40,510 bases of DNA, taken from contig KE561087.1 of assembly GCA_000442015.1 (NCBI GenBank), forward strand, positions 1-40,510. Direction: 5' to 3'. Origin of the DNA: Rozella allomycis CSF55 (taxonomy: Eukaryota). Numbering within the stretch: position 1 is the stretch's first letter; every line of letters starts with the position of its first letter. Below, piece by piece: positions 23,365-33,260 of this stretch. The notes below the pieces were generated by a model, which was not told where the DNA came from, did no database searches, and was given only the letters and a program-made list of their open reading frames with translations. The position numbers were made by a program, and so were the translations under genes.

Positions 23365-24975
23365 ATGAGTTTGCATTCGTTAAATTTCGCTGGAGATGAA
23401 ACACCACCAATTTTTCTTTCGCTAAAACCCGCTCTTTCCACAATCTCCTCTGATACAGACCAATCATCTAACCTTGGTCGTCCGCGGTCTGCAGAAAAGT
23501 CAATGAAAGGAAGATTAATAAAAGAGGAACACTTACAATCAGGGAGGCACGTCAAACAAAATACGCCAAAACTGATGAGGAAAGGAACGAAGATAAGAGC
23601 AAGTAACATTAAAAATCAGATAAACGATATTGATCTGAGTGACGATGAACACGAAAGCAACGAAACAATTAATACTCAAATTGATTCAGAACTAAAGCAT
23701 GATGAGTTTGTGGCAAAGATACCCCCTAGAAAAAGATTTCAAAATGCCATTAAAGCAGTGCGGAAAGCAGTTTGGGCTGTTAGCATTTTTAATACAGATT
23801 GTTCAAATTTTTATGAAGAAGTAGAGGAAAAAGAGGATAATAGCAAATCTGCAAGAAAATATGGGAATGGCTTAATTTTTGATTTCAATGATTATAGATA
23901 TTCGAAGCAGGCTGTTACCAGATCCAAAATTAGGAAGGTCTTAAAGACCGAACCTGAATCGAGAACTCCCAAAGATATTGAGTGTATATTACAGCTTTTC
24001 ATATCCGAAGACATGTTTGATAAACACACGGACGATGTTAAACGGGCGATTGCGAAAGTAGCAAAATTTCAAAGTATTGGGCCAAACAGACATGTTGTTA
24101 AAGAAGGCCACAAAGGGATCAGTTTCTATTATATCTTAAATGGATGTGTTGAAGTTACAACAAAAGTGGAAACTGGAGAAAAAAATGGAATACGCCAGTT
24201 GACTTATCTGAAAGACGGTGAAATGTTCGGAGAACTGGCCTTAATGAAAGATTGTAGGCGTTCCGCGACTGTAACTACAGTTCAACCTACAGAATTTCTC
24301 AAAATAGACCGTGAGGAGTTTCAAGATATTCTGCAATCATTTTTTGAAAGAAATCTCTCGAATAGAATGAAGATATTGTCCAAAGTGGGCATCTTTAAAG
24401 AGCTGAAAAATGGGCATTTAGAAAGCTTAGCATCGGCTTGCATCGACCGCGATTTTCCAAGGGGGGAACAGATTGTATTTCCGGGAGTTGAATCGGAATC
24501 TTTGTATATTATCACAAAAGGAGTTTGTTCTGTTTATGTAGATATACCTTTAGTTCATACCAAGACTGGTCCTAGACAGAGAACACTTCGCAAATTGACC
24601 GGGAATGAATTGAGACCCAATGAAAAAATCATATTTAAGAGATGCCATGTTGCTGACATTAAAGCATATGATATTTGCAATCAAGGAACTTTGTTCCTGA
24701 ATGGAAGGAGGGCTGCTCTAAGCAAATTATTGCAAGATGATTACATAAATGACCGGCAATGGATATGCATAACCACCACTAAAGTGACTGCCTTCTTACT
24801 ACCAAAAATAGACTTATTAAGATCTGTTACAGACGAAGAATACAATTCTATGGTTACTGCTAGTGTTCCAATGCCTCCAGTGAGTTTTGTTATCGATGAA
24901 TACTTTCGACAGAGAGAATGGAGTTTGTTTAAAGATAATTACCTTAAGGATATTTATCGGATAAATAAAAATTGA
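23365..24975 (+). CDS. Tandem cyclic nucleotide-binding domain protein (CNBD2-like)
   Basis: VVKEGHKGISFYYILNGCVEV..GEMFGELALMKDCRRSATV, plus a second degenerate CNB domain (GEQIVFPG..LYIITKG). Confidence 0.8.
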   Translation: MSLHSLNFAGDETPPIFLSLKPALSTISSDTDQSSNLGRPRSAEKSMKGRLIKEEHLQSGRHVKQNTPKLMRKGTKIRASNIKNQINDIDLSDDEHESNETINTQIDSELKHDEFVAKIPPRKRFQNAIKAVRKAVWAVSIFNTDCSNFYEEVEEKEDNSKSARKYGNGLIFDFNDYRYSKQAVTRSKIRKVLKTEPESRTPKDIECILQLFISEDMFDKHTDDVKRAIAKVAKFQSIGPNRHVVKEGHKGISFYYILNGCVEVTTKVETGEKNGIRQLTYLKDGEMFGELALMKDCRRSATVTTVQPTEFLKIDREEFQDILQSFFERNLSNRMKILSKVGIFKELKNGHLESLASACIDRDFPRGEQIVFPGVESESLYIITKGVCSVYVDIPLVHTKTGPRQRTLRKLTGNELRPNEKIIFKRCHVADIKAYDICNQGTLFLNGRRAALSKLLQDDYINDRQWICITTTKVTAFLLPKIDLLRSVTDEEYNSMVTASVPMPPVSFVIDEYFRQREWSLFKDNYLKDIYRINKN

Positions 24976-25562
24976 GGCTTTTCGAAACTATCCATTTAAT
25001 ATGCTGAATTGTTTAAACATTTGATTTTAGTCTACGAAAAGTACCGGATTTTAAAGGACTATAGGAAAAAATCAGACTGATCTAAAAAGAACATTATTTT
25101 CGTCGTATAGTTATCAATAGTGTACTCGCAATCTTTGCATCCTCTGAAGAATAGAGAATTACCCATTGGGGAAATTGGCGACTAAATACTAATGAGTTCC
25201 CTGTGGTCAATTGATAACACTGGCTAACGATCATTTTGTTATCCCTCTCTAAAAGCCTTGAAATATTTCATGAATACGCAGGGTTTAACAGTTTTGATAG
25301 AATCCAAGGAACAAAATAGAAACCTTCTAAAGGAAACTTTGTTATCGCCATTGAATCTATAAAATAAAAGATTCTTTTTTCATATATACAAGGGAACGTT
25401 GTAAACTTGTATTCAGTATTAAGTGTAGATTGAATTAAGTGTAGACTGTAGAGCATCATCTACGGTAAGATTTTCCTTCAGGGCTTTATGAATGCCATAA
25501 ATGGTGGAATATAAGACAATTCAAGAAATATCCCCTGACAAACCTAATTACCTAAACCCTGA

Positions 25563-27701
25563 ATGGATAACACAAAACCACATACTAAAGCAAAGTTAGC
25601 CACTAAAACGAATCCTCCAAAGGGACCACATAAAGGATTTCAATCTGAACCAAATGAGCAGCATCCAACAAAACAAGAAGGAAAGCCGGAAACTGAACAG
25701 ACCACATTCACCAAACATAATCATAAACATTTTAGGATTGAAAAGCTTCCAGAAATTGAAAAGAAAAAACAGCAAAACAAAAAGAATAAACCTATCATTA
25801 AGAAACACGGCATGAAGGACGAGACGGCAACAAATCGTCATCAAGCTGACGCGAAAGATCACCACGTGCGGAAAAAGAGAAAAAATCATAACATTAAGGA
25901 TAAACTGATGCCGACATCTATAGTGTACACGAAAAGCTCGGAAAATCTCCCTACCAGAATGGCTCAAGCCGACCACGACGACAACCAAATTGATTATGAC
26001 TTATCTTGCGCGACATCTTTTGTTAATTACCCCACTGTCAGAAAACCGCAAGAAATAATTCATGCACTTAGTTGGAAAGTGGTATTTAAAGTGGGCAAAT
26101 CAGTACCGATCCCCAAATTTCACATAGGAGATTTTCCAGGAAAAAATAGGTTTCATTTGGATACAATGACTAACAGAGTCAATGTCTTGTATCGCCCATG
26201 GATGAAAGAGGTATTAGAGAGATGGTCAAGTGTCGCGATGCTAAACCGCGCACAGAAGGCGCCAATTTTAATCGGACCCCAGGGAGTTGGAAAAAGCCAT
26301 TTTCTCTATTTGTTTGCAGCATATATGAAAAGCCAAGATAACTTTAGAGTTTTGTATTTGCCCAATTGCTCAGATCTGTTTTTGCAAGAGATTTTGGTAG
26401 ATGAATTAAAGGTTTCATTTTACGATCCTGAAGCACTGAAACTTATTTTTGATTTTGAGCGGCGATGTGATAAATACCTTTCAAAAGGGAAGATGGAATC
26501 TAAGTATTTTACAATGCTGGAGAGCTTGTTTAGGCTTCTGTATCGGGTATATCATAAAATGCAGATTATACCTGTCATGGTGTTTGACCAATATAATACC
26601 ATTGACAATGAAAATATTATGGAATTAAAGTGTATGCATACATTAAGCAAACTTTTTCCTCTGTTTTGCTCATGTTCATCAAACAATAATGTTAAGATTA
26701 ATGAAACACAATTTTTCGTTATTGAGAATATGAGGAATTATGAGGTCCATCCCACCGAGGTTTGGGCATTTTGTAAGCTTATAGAAAAACAAATTTCATT
26801 GACGGATGCCAAGAAGGTTCATAGAGTCGCTGGAGAAATCCCACTTGAATTAATTACATGCTGTAAACAGGAAGGCGCTACTTACGAAATAAAAATTGAC
26901 CGGTACAACCAAGTGAGATATAGAGAATTTTTCAAAGCCGCGCATGATTATCTTAAACAAAATGTCTCAATTAAAAATGGTAAAGAATCAACAAATACGT
27001 TTTATGTAGAAGTTATGCAAAATCTTCGAAATCTGCTCGTAGGTATTTTCCCAAGGACTTTATCGTATGATCGAACATTGATTAGGGAAACCAATGAAGG
27101 CGATTGCAGATTTATTAATAATTTGGCATGGTTGGCCACGGTGGACGTTTTAGTGACACATCACGCCGATATTTTCAATTGTTATGTTGGCGGCACAACT
27201 ATAGATATTATAGGATCAAATGGATCGGAACGTGAAGTGGTGAGATATGTAATTATGAATTCAATTGCCAAAGGCCGCTTTAAAATCGGCCAATTTATTG
27301 ACGTTCTAATTTCTGGACCTGATGCAATCCAAAGAATTTCAACTGACAGTACTCTTTTCACCGATTGCGTTTTTTTCGTTCCCATTCAATCTAATTTTCC
27401 TGGATTTGATTTAATTGTTCATGACTCAACGAAAAAGGAAATATATCTTGTGAAAATCACGATTGAGAAAAATTGCGATACTCATCGTAACAATGTTATG
27501 GCTATGTTGAATAACAATAATCACGAATTGACTAAATTCTTAAAGACCCTTGCTTCAACTTTTAGTCGTCACACCTTTTATGAAGTTTATTTGACAAACA
27601 CTGAAGCATGCATTATTTCTGAAGATGGCGGCAACACTGGCTATAACGATCTTCCATTATCCATTTTGTTTCACGATTATCCCTCTCTCAAAGCCTTTTG
27701 A
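25563..27701 (+). CDS. P-loop NTPase with a C-terminal PD-(D/E)xK-like nuclease domain (Crinkler/RHS-type effector architecture)
   Basis: Walker A LIGPQGVGKS, Walker B VMVFDQYN, AGEIPLEL (GxP motif), C-terminal FFVPIQSNFPGFDLIV..IYLVKIT; intronless; low-complexity K/H-rich N-terminus. Confidence 0.7.
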   Translation: MDNTKPHTKAKLATKTNPPKGPHKGFQSEPNEQHPTKQEGKPETEQTTFTKHNHKHFRIEKLPEIEKKKQQNKKNKPIIKKHGMKDETATNRHQADAKDHHVRKKRKNHNIKDKLMPTSIVYTKSSENLPTRMAQADHDDNQIDYDLSCATSFVNYPTVRKPQEIIHALSWKVVFKVGKSVPIPKFHIGDFPGKNRFHLDTMTNRVNVLYRPWMKEVLERWSSVAMLNRAQKAPILIGPQGVGKSHFLYLFAAYMKSQDNFRVLYLPNCSDLFLQEILVDELKVSFYDPEALKLIFDFERRCDKYLSKGKMESKYFTMLESLFRLLYRVYHKMQIIPVMVFDQYNTIDNENIMELKCMHTLSKLFPLFCSCSSNNNVKINETQFFVIENMRNYEVHPTEVWAFCKLIEKQISLTDAKKVHRVAGEIPLELITCCKQEGATYEIKIDRYNQVRYREFFKAAHDYLKQNVSIKNGKESTNTFYVEVMQNLRNLLVGIFPRTLSYDRTLIRETNEGDCRFINNLAWLATVDVLVTHHADIFNCYVGGTTIDIIGSNGSEREVVRYVIMNSIAKGRFKIGQFIDVLISGPDAIQRISTDSTLFTDCVFFVPIQSNFPGFDLIVHDSTKKEIYLVKITIEKNCDTHRNNVMAMLNNNNHELTKFLKTLASTFSRHTFYEVYLTNTEACIISEDGGNTGYNDLPLSILFHDYPSLKAF

Positions 27702-27812
27702 ATAAAATATACTCTTTAATCGCCATTGTCTTTTTTATTCAATATTACAAAATTTCGGGCCCATGTAAGATCCTGAAATCTTTTTTCTTCAAGTACAAGC
27801 CACAAGCCACGC

Positions 27813-28541
27813 ATGAAGTGCCAAAGCATAGTTTCAGTTTTTCTGGCCTTGTTATCAGTCTCCCACATCTGCGCCAGTGGACTCAGTCCCAAGACGCTAC
27901 CTCTCGCCAACCAGGAAGAGTTGCTAGAACTTATAGATGGTTGCTTACAACTTTGTGATCTGCACGAAAAACTAGACAAATCTATTGACGCGCGACTTGA
28001 AAAGATTGAATCTGCGGGAGATCTCGAGATGAAATGCTTCGAAGATCTCTTGAAAACCGACAACAAGAAGGCTATTATGGATTTCTTGTTGAAAGAAATG
28101 GAAGCTAGAGGCGTATGTGATGCTATTAAAAAGACATGTGAGAAGGCTTTCAAATCCAAGTTTAACAAAAGATTGGATATTAAAAAGATTTTTAGTATTT
28201 TGAAGGGGATTAAAGGAGACAGTAATTCATTAGAGTCGCAGCTGGATTTAATGTCGCAATTTGAGATTGTCAAGATTGCAGAAAGAGAAGAAAAGAAATT
28301 CATGCTCAATTGGATTGACAGGGATTTCCAAATCTCATTGAATGATGTTAGAGACTCTGAAATTTCGACGGAGAAAATTGAATCTTTGATTGAAGAATTG
28401 GCAAGTAAATTATATGATGAGAACTTTGAACTGATTGAGGAGAATGACTGCAATGAATTAGAAAACTTATTAAAGGAACTTGAAGTAGAAATTCACTTTG
28501 AGAAGCAAAGAAGAAGATTAAGTAGAATGAGCATAAATTAA
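27813..28541 (+). CDS. Hypothetical secreted E/K/L-rich helical protein
   Basis: Signal peptide MKCQSIVSVFLALLSVSHICA; intronless 242-aa ORF. Confidence 0.7.
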   Translation: MKCQSIVSVFLALLSVSHICASGLSPKTLPLANQEELLELIDGCLQLCDLHEKLDKSIDARLEKIESAGDLEMKCFEDLLKTDNKKAIMDFLLKEMEARGVCDAIKKTCEKAFKSKFNKRLDIKKIFSILKGIKGDSNSLESQLDLMSQFEIVKIAEREEKKFMLNWIDRDFQISLNDVRDSEISTEKIESLIEELASKLYDENFELIEENDCNELENLLKELEVEIHFEKQRRRLSRMSIN

Positions 28542-28577
28542 ACAAAATAAAGACATTAAAATAATATTAAAGAAAAT

Positions 28578-30474
28578 TTATTCAAGTTTTGTTGAGCGAG
28601 AGAGATTTGTCTTGATACCAGTCTTTTCACCATCGTAAGCTTTATTTTGACCCTTGTATTGAGATCTAACAGTTTTCAATTTCTTTGAAGCTATTTCAAA
28701 TTTCATTCTTCTCATGACACGAGGATTTCTAGCTTCTTTCTTTCTGTGAGGAGTTAAACCTTTATTCTTCATCATTTTGTAATCGATTGGTCTCTTTGAA
28801 TTTTTATCTTGATCGTTTTCAGAGTCATTGTCATCATCAGCATTTAAGAATTCATTTAATTTGTTGTTCATTTTAGCGTCTCTCTTAGCAATCATATTTT
28901 TTCTGACTTGCTCATAAAATTCATCACCTCTCTTTTTGTTTTCAGTTTCTTCGTATTCTAAGACTTCATTTTGATTTGAGAATGAAACTCTTTGTTTTTT
29001 AATTGGCATTTCATCTAATTGATCATCATTTCTATTATTTTTTCTTTTTCCTAATTGATCTATTCTTGAAGTGTATTTATTTATAGATTTCTTCTTTCTG
29101 ATTGAATCTAAAATTTCTTGATCTTTTTCTTCTTCTTTTTCATCTAAAAATGAAGTATCACCAAAATCATCCAATTGGCTTAAATCATTTCTAAGTTTTT
29201 GTTTGGAATTCAACTTCTTCATTTCTTTCTTTGAGAGAATCAATCTATTAAAGTTTTCTTCTTCATACAAAAGTTTTTCTTTCAATCTCTTCATTTCTTC
29301 ATCTTCATCATCTTCAAAATTATCTTTAATCTCCTCTGGCCTTTCTGAAAATTCTTCACGCAAATCTTTCAACAAGCGACTCTTCATTGCCTTTTCTTTC
29401 ATCAATCTTTCCTTCTTCTCTTCTTTCGTCGTCTTATCATTGAAATGCATTGGCGCTATCTTTGGAGCTTTATAGACTTGATTCTCTTCTTTCTCACTCT
29501 CTTCTTCATTCACTTCCAAATTATCAACATTAGCTTTGAATTGAAGTGGATCATTCTTCTCCAAACTTGATTTAAGGATTTTATCAATTTGATATTTCAA
29601 TTTCATTTCCATTGGCTTCATCTTTTCTAAAATAATTCTCAACTCAACCAATCTATCAATCACTGGATGATCCTTGACTCTCTTTCCTCTAGCTTTCAAC
29701 AACAAATAAAATGAAATATTCGTGCAATAACTCAACAGCAATTCTATTATTATTTCCTTAAAAATTATTTACGATATTTAACTTCTAGAAAACTCAGCCC
29801 CTTGCTGGTTTGGATTTCTCCATTCTTCACCCTGGTCATCAATGGTTCCAATGTATTTCTAATCTCTCCAAGATACTTTTTAAAATCAACAAACAATGAT
29901 AATAACTCGGGCGCTTCTTTTTGTAACATGTCAATCTTTTCTTGTTTAGATATCTTATTAATATCTTGCTTTTGCTTCATTGCTGATCCAAATGTATCAT
30001 CTTCAACCTCTTCTTCTTCTTCATCTTCCTCTTCATTGAAATCTTCTTCTTCAAAGGATTCCAATCTTTGCTTTTGAATCTTCAACGCCTCCTTTTCCTC
30101 TTCTTCATCTACCATTATGTCATCCAAAATATTATACCTGCATCGGAATCAGCATCATAGTAATCATGTTTCTTCTCTCCCCACTCTTCTTCCTCTTCAC
30201 TCTCCTCACTATCAGAGTCATCTGATTCAACTCCTTCTAGCCCCATAACTTCCTCATCCTCTTCACCAGGAAATACCTCATCATCTTCACTCTCATCTTC
30301 TCCCAACATCACCTTTTCTCTTTGATCATAAACTATTTTTATTATAGAAAAAGAAAACTTACATTGATCAACTTCATCTTGCTCAATATCATCAAGGTTT
30401 ACTTTCACAGCACGATATTCGTCGTCACTGTCATGCTTTGGGGCACTTTTGTTTTTTTGATATTTTTTCACCAT
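28578..30474 (-). CDS. UTP3: Sas10/Utp3 small-subunit processome component
   Basis: Acidic N-terminus; LLSYCTNISFYLLLK..HPVIDRLVELR..KLKYQIDK; C-terminal KNKGLTPHRKKEARNPRV..YDGEKTGIKTNLSRSTKL; 3 introns. Confidence 0.9.
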
Positions 30475-30652
30475 GGTGGCTTGGCAAAGTTTACTTGGTA
30501 TAAATACTCGAACTCGAAAAAATAGACTTCTATTTACAAAAGCTCTTTAAATTGTTTATTATTTTATTATATTTTAACATTTTAACGGATGTTTATAAGT
30601 ACTCAAAATTGACTTTATAGATGCAATTTCATGATTCACGCCAATGCTTACT

Positions 30653-31131
30653 CTAGTATTCTATTCTTGTGTCCATAGGCATATCCAACGTGCACTTGGC
30701 TAGTCCATTCAGTGTATCCACCAAATCCATATCTTCTGCCGTAATTGGTATCCTAATAACCACGCAAACATCATCTTACTCTGAAATTTTTCTAACCACA
30801 CATTGTATCGGCTCCAATTTATCATGCTTTGGTCCTTTTAATCCAAAAAATATCAAATACCAAACGTCAAATCGCTGCTCCCAATTTTCAAGGGAACAAG
30901 CCAAATAAAACCAATGCGACGCGACTCTACTTTATCATTCGGATCGAATTCCAGCCGCGTCACACATACCCGGTACAGCTTGTTGTCTTGGCCGGCTATT
31001 TCTAGCACGTCGCCGACGCGGATAATGTACCCGCGGAAATTGAAGGCTAGTGAATTTGGTTTTGGTGGGGCAATGTATGGGTTTCCTTCAGGGCTGAATC
31101 GGAAGGATGGGAGTTGGGTGAGATCGGGCAT
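30653..31131 (-). CDS. Small BAH-like protein resembling the GATAD1 C-terminal domain
   Basis: FRGYIIRVGDVLEIAGQDNKLY..GFIWLVP..FGPKHDKLEPIQCV; two 26-27 nt GT-AG introns restore the frame. Confidence 0.45.
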
Positions 31132-31392
31132 GATATCTTAAATTTCCAAATATAGATCGTAAGGGTTACAAAGCCCATTCGATTTATATTTATATACTGG
31201 ATTCTTTAATCTTTAAAACTGCAAGCAAATATGCAACGAGTGGCTGCAGAAAAGTTATGTCGAATTTTTGTCCCGATGGACCGGATGGATGAAAGGTTCG
31301 ACTTATTCGATCATGTATGATTAAAAAATACGTAACTAAGTAAGGATGTAGAGGTATTTTCTTCTTAGAAATTAACGTTCTCGTTTATTGAT

Positions 31393-32742
31393 TTATCGAT
31401 TGACTTGTTTTTGGTGACTTTCAACTTCTTTATTATGAGTGTCAAGAGCGTCCGCAAAACTGGTTTTGAAATATAATTCGCTTATCTTTTTTTCATGATG
31501 TCTTTGACAATCCAAAAAAGCCTCATTCTGCTCCAATGCTTTTTTCGCTGTTGAGAGAAACTCTTCTATTAATGCGATAACGGCACTGGTGCTGACGTTA
31601 CCCAAAGTTAATGATTTAGTTGCTTCTATTAATTTTTCGATTTTATTGAAATTTTCATCAATTTTTGACCTTATGCTTAAGAGGTTATTTTTTAGAATAC
31701 TCATAGGCATCGTGTAAAGAAACTTTGGTATCAACGGTTGGTTGACCAGTAATTCATCTTCTATTCTTTTACTTTGATATTCATCTGTGGAATATACCCT
31801 CGATATTGCAAAATCTTCATTTAAATAAACAAGGGTCCAATCCACATCGTTAAAATAGGGCGTAGTCAAAAGATAGAAAATGATCGATTCAGCGTCGTTT
31901 TCTATATGTTCAGTTCCGACAGTCAATAGTAAAGGTTTCAAAGCATTCAAAAACATCATATCAAATTTAATGTGAGGATGAGATAGTACTTTCAGTCCAT
32001 CACAAAGTTCGACGCAAGGATCCATATACTTTTTTAAACTTTGTTCAGAATAAAAATATGGTGCTGTTGCTGAAGAATGAATTTTGTACATAATTCTTGC
32101 TATCGTCATGTAATCAAGTAATGGACCTTTCGCGAGGCCTTTTTCCATTGGTGGAATAAAATATGCTTTATCATTAACATGTTCGGAAATCCCAAAGTCA
32201 ATAATTTTCACAATGTTTTTGCCGGTTATCATAATGTTTGCTTCGCTGAGGTCTTTATGACATAGCCCAACTTTTCTCATTTCCTCCAATGCGATAATCA
32301 ACTTTGCAAATACTATTTTTTGCCATTGAGGAGAAAGCTTGTTTTCTCTATGCTGCCACTGGACTCTATGAAGCGTGATACCATTGATATACTCCATGAC
32401 ATAGTATTTTTCAACATAGGCGTTATTAAGCGGACTCATGCATATCAAGTTTGGAAAGAAATTTGAAAAACGAAGCAAGTCTAATGCCCTAATTTCACGT
32501 AAGAAAGCACTGTCCGCTGCCTGTTGTCTTGTCTCCGTATCTTGAATCTTCATAACCTTAAAGGCAACCTGCAATTGATCAGACTTTCTAACAGCACGAT
32601 AGACAGTACCATAACTTCCTTCGCCCAGTGTTTCTATAAAGGTGAAATCATACCCGTGGCAAATAGGTACTTTTGAAAAATCGTAGTCGATGGCTTTAAC
32701 AAAGCATACGGCAAAGACAAATATGTATGCTAATATCAACAT
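31393..32742 (-). CDS. Divergent Ser/Thr protein kinase with an N-terminal signal peptide and C-terminal coiled coil
   Basis: MLILAYIFVFAVCFVKA; LGEGSYGTV, VAFK, HKDLSEAN, IIDFG; AGC-like PYFNDVDW; intronless. Confidence 0.8.
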   Translation of the reverse strand: MLILAYIFVFAVCFVKAIDYDFSKVPICHGYDFTFIETLGEGSYGTVYRAVRKSDQLQVAFKVMKIQDTETRQQAADSAFLREIRALDLLRFSNFFPNLICMSPLNNAYVEKYYVMEYINGITLHRVQWQHRENKLSPQWQKIVFAKLIIALEEMRKVGLCHKDLSEANIMITGKNIVKIIDFGISEHVNDKAYFIPPMEKGLAKGPLLDYMTIARIMYKIHSSATAPYFYSEQSLKKYMDPCVELCDGLKVLSHPHIKFDMMFLNALKPLLLTVGTEHIENDAESIIFYLLTTPYFNDVDWTLVYLNEDFAISRVYSTDEYQSKRIEDELLVNQPLIPKFLYTMPMSILKNNLLSIRSKIDENFNKIEKLIEATKSLTLGNVSTSAVIALIEEFLSTAKKALEQNEAFLDCQRHHEKKISELYFKTSFADALDTHNKEVESHQKQVNR

Positions 32743-33260
32743 ACTGGTACCCTTGTCACGTGCCTTTCAAGCCCCTGAAAAAAATGAAGGTGACCCATGT
32801 GTCGTAATGAGGCTTAACATTAAGACCATGTAAGTCGAATTAATAAAAATCTTAGATTTATCTCGGTTAATTTTATTCATTTACAAAACTATAGTGCTGA
32901 AGAGATCTGACAACTTCCAATTTAAGCAGTGCATCTACAATTATAGATCTGTATTAATAAGTGTCATTGAGATTATAAGTAACATTAACTGCACTGCAAT
33001 AGTCATTTCCAATTGAATGAACAAGTGAGGCGTTAAGTTAAAATGTTTGGCAATACGTAAATCCATGTGATGCAGCAGTGCCTTAAGCCCTAAGGCCTTA
33101 GTACCTATAAAGCCAGGTTGAACTATATATGAGCTTAGATTCGATTTAAAGAGAGAGCCCCTCAACGCTCCCTTGCACTTAGACTCAATTACCAAAATCA
33201 ATCTCACCAAAAACTTCATAAAATAGAAAATTATAGAAATAAAGAAACAGTTTTAATTTA

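Noticed and set aside
24976-25562. Long intergenic gaps (also 31140-31390 and 32745-33255) examined for ncRNA or transposon ends
   Set aside because: No recognisable RNA fold, terminal repeats or supportable ORF by eye.
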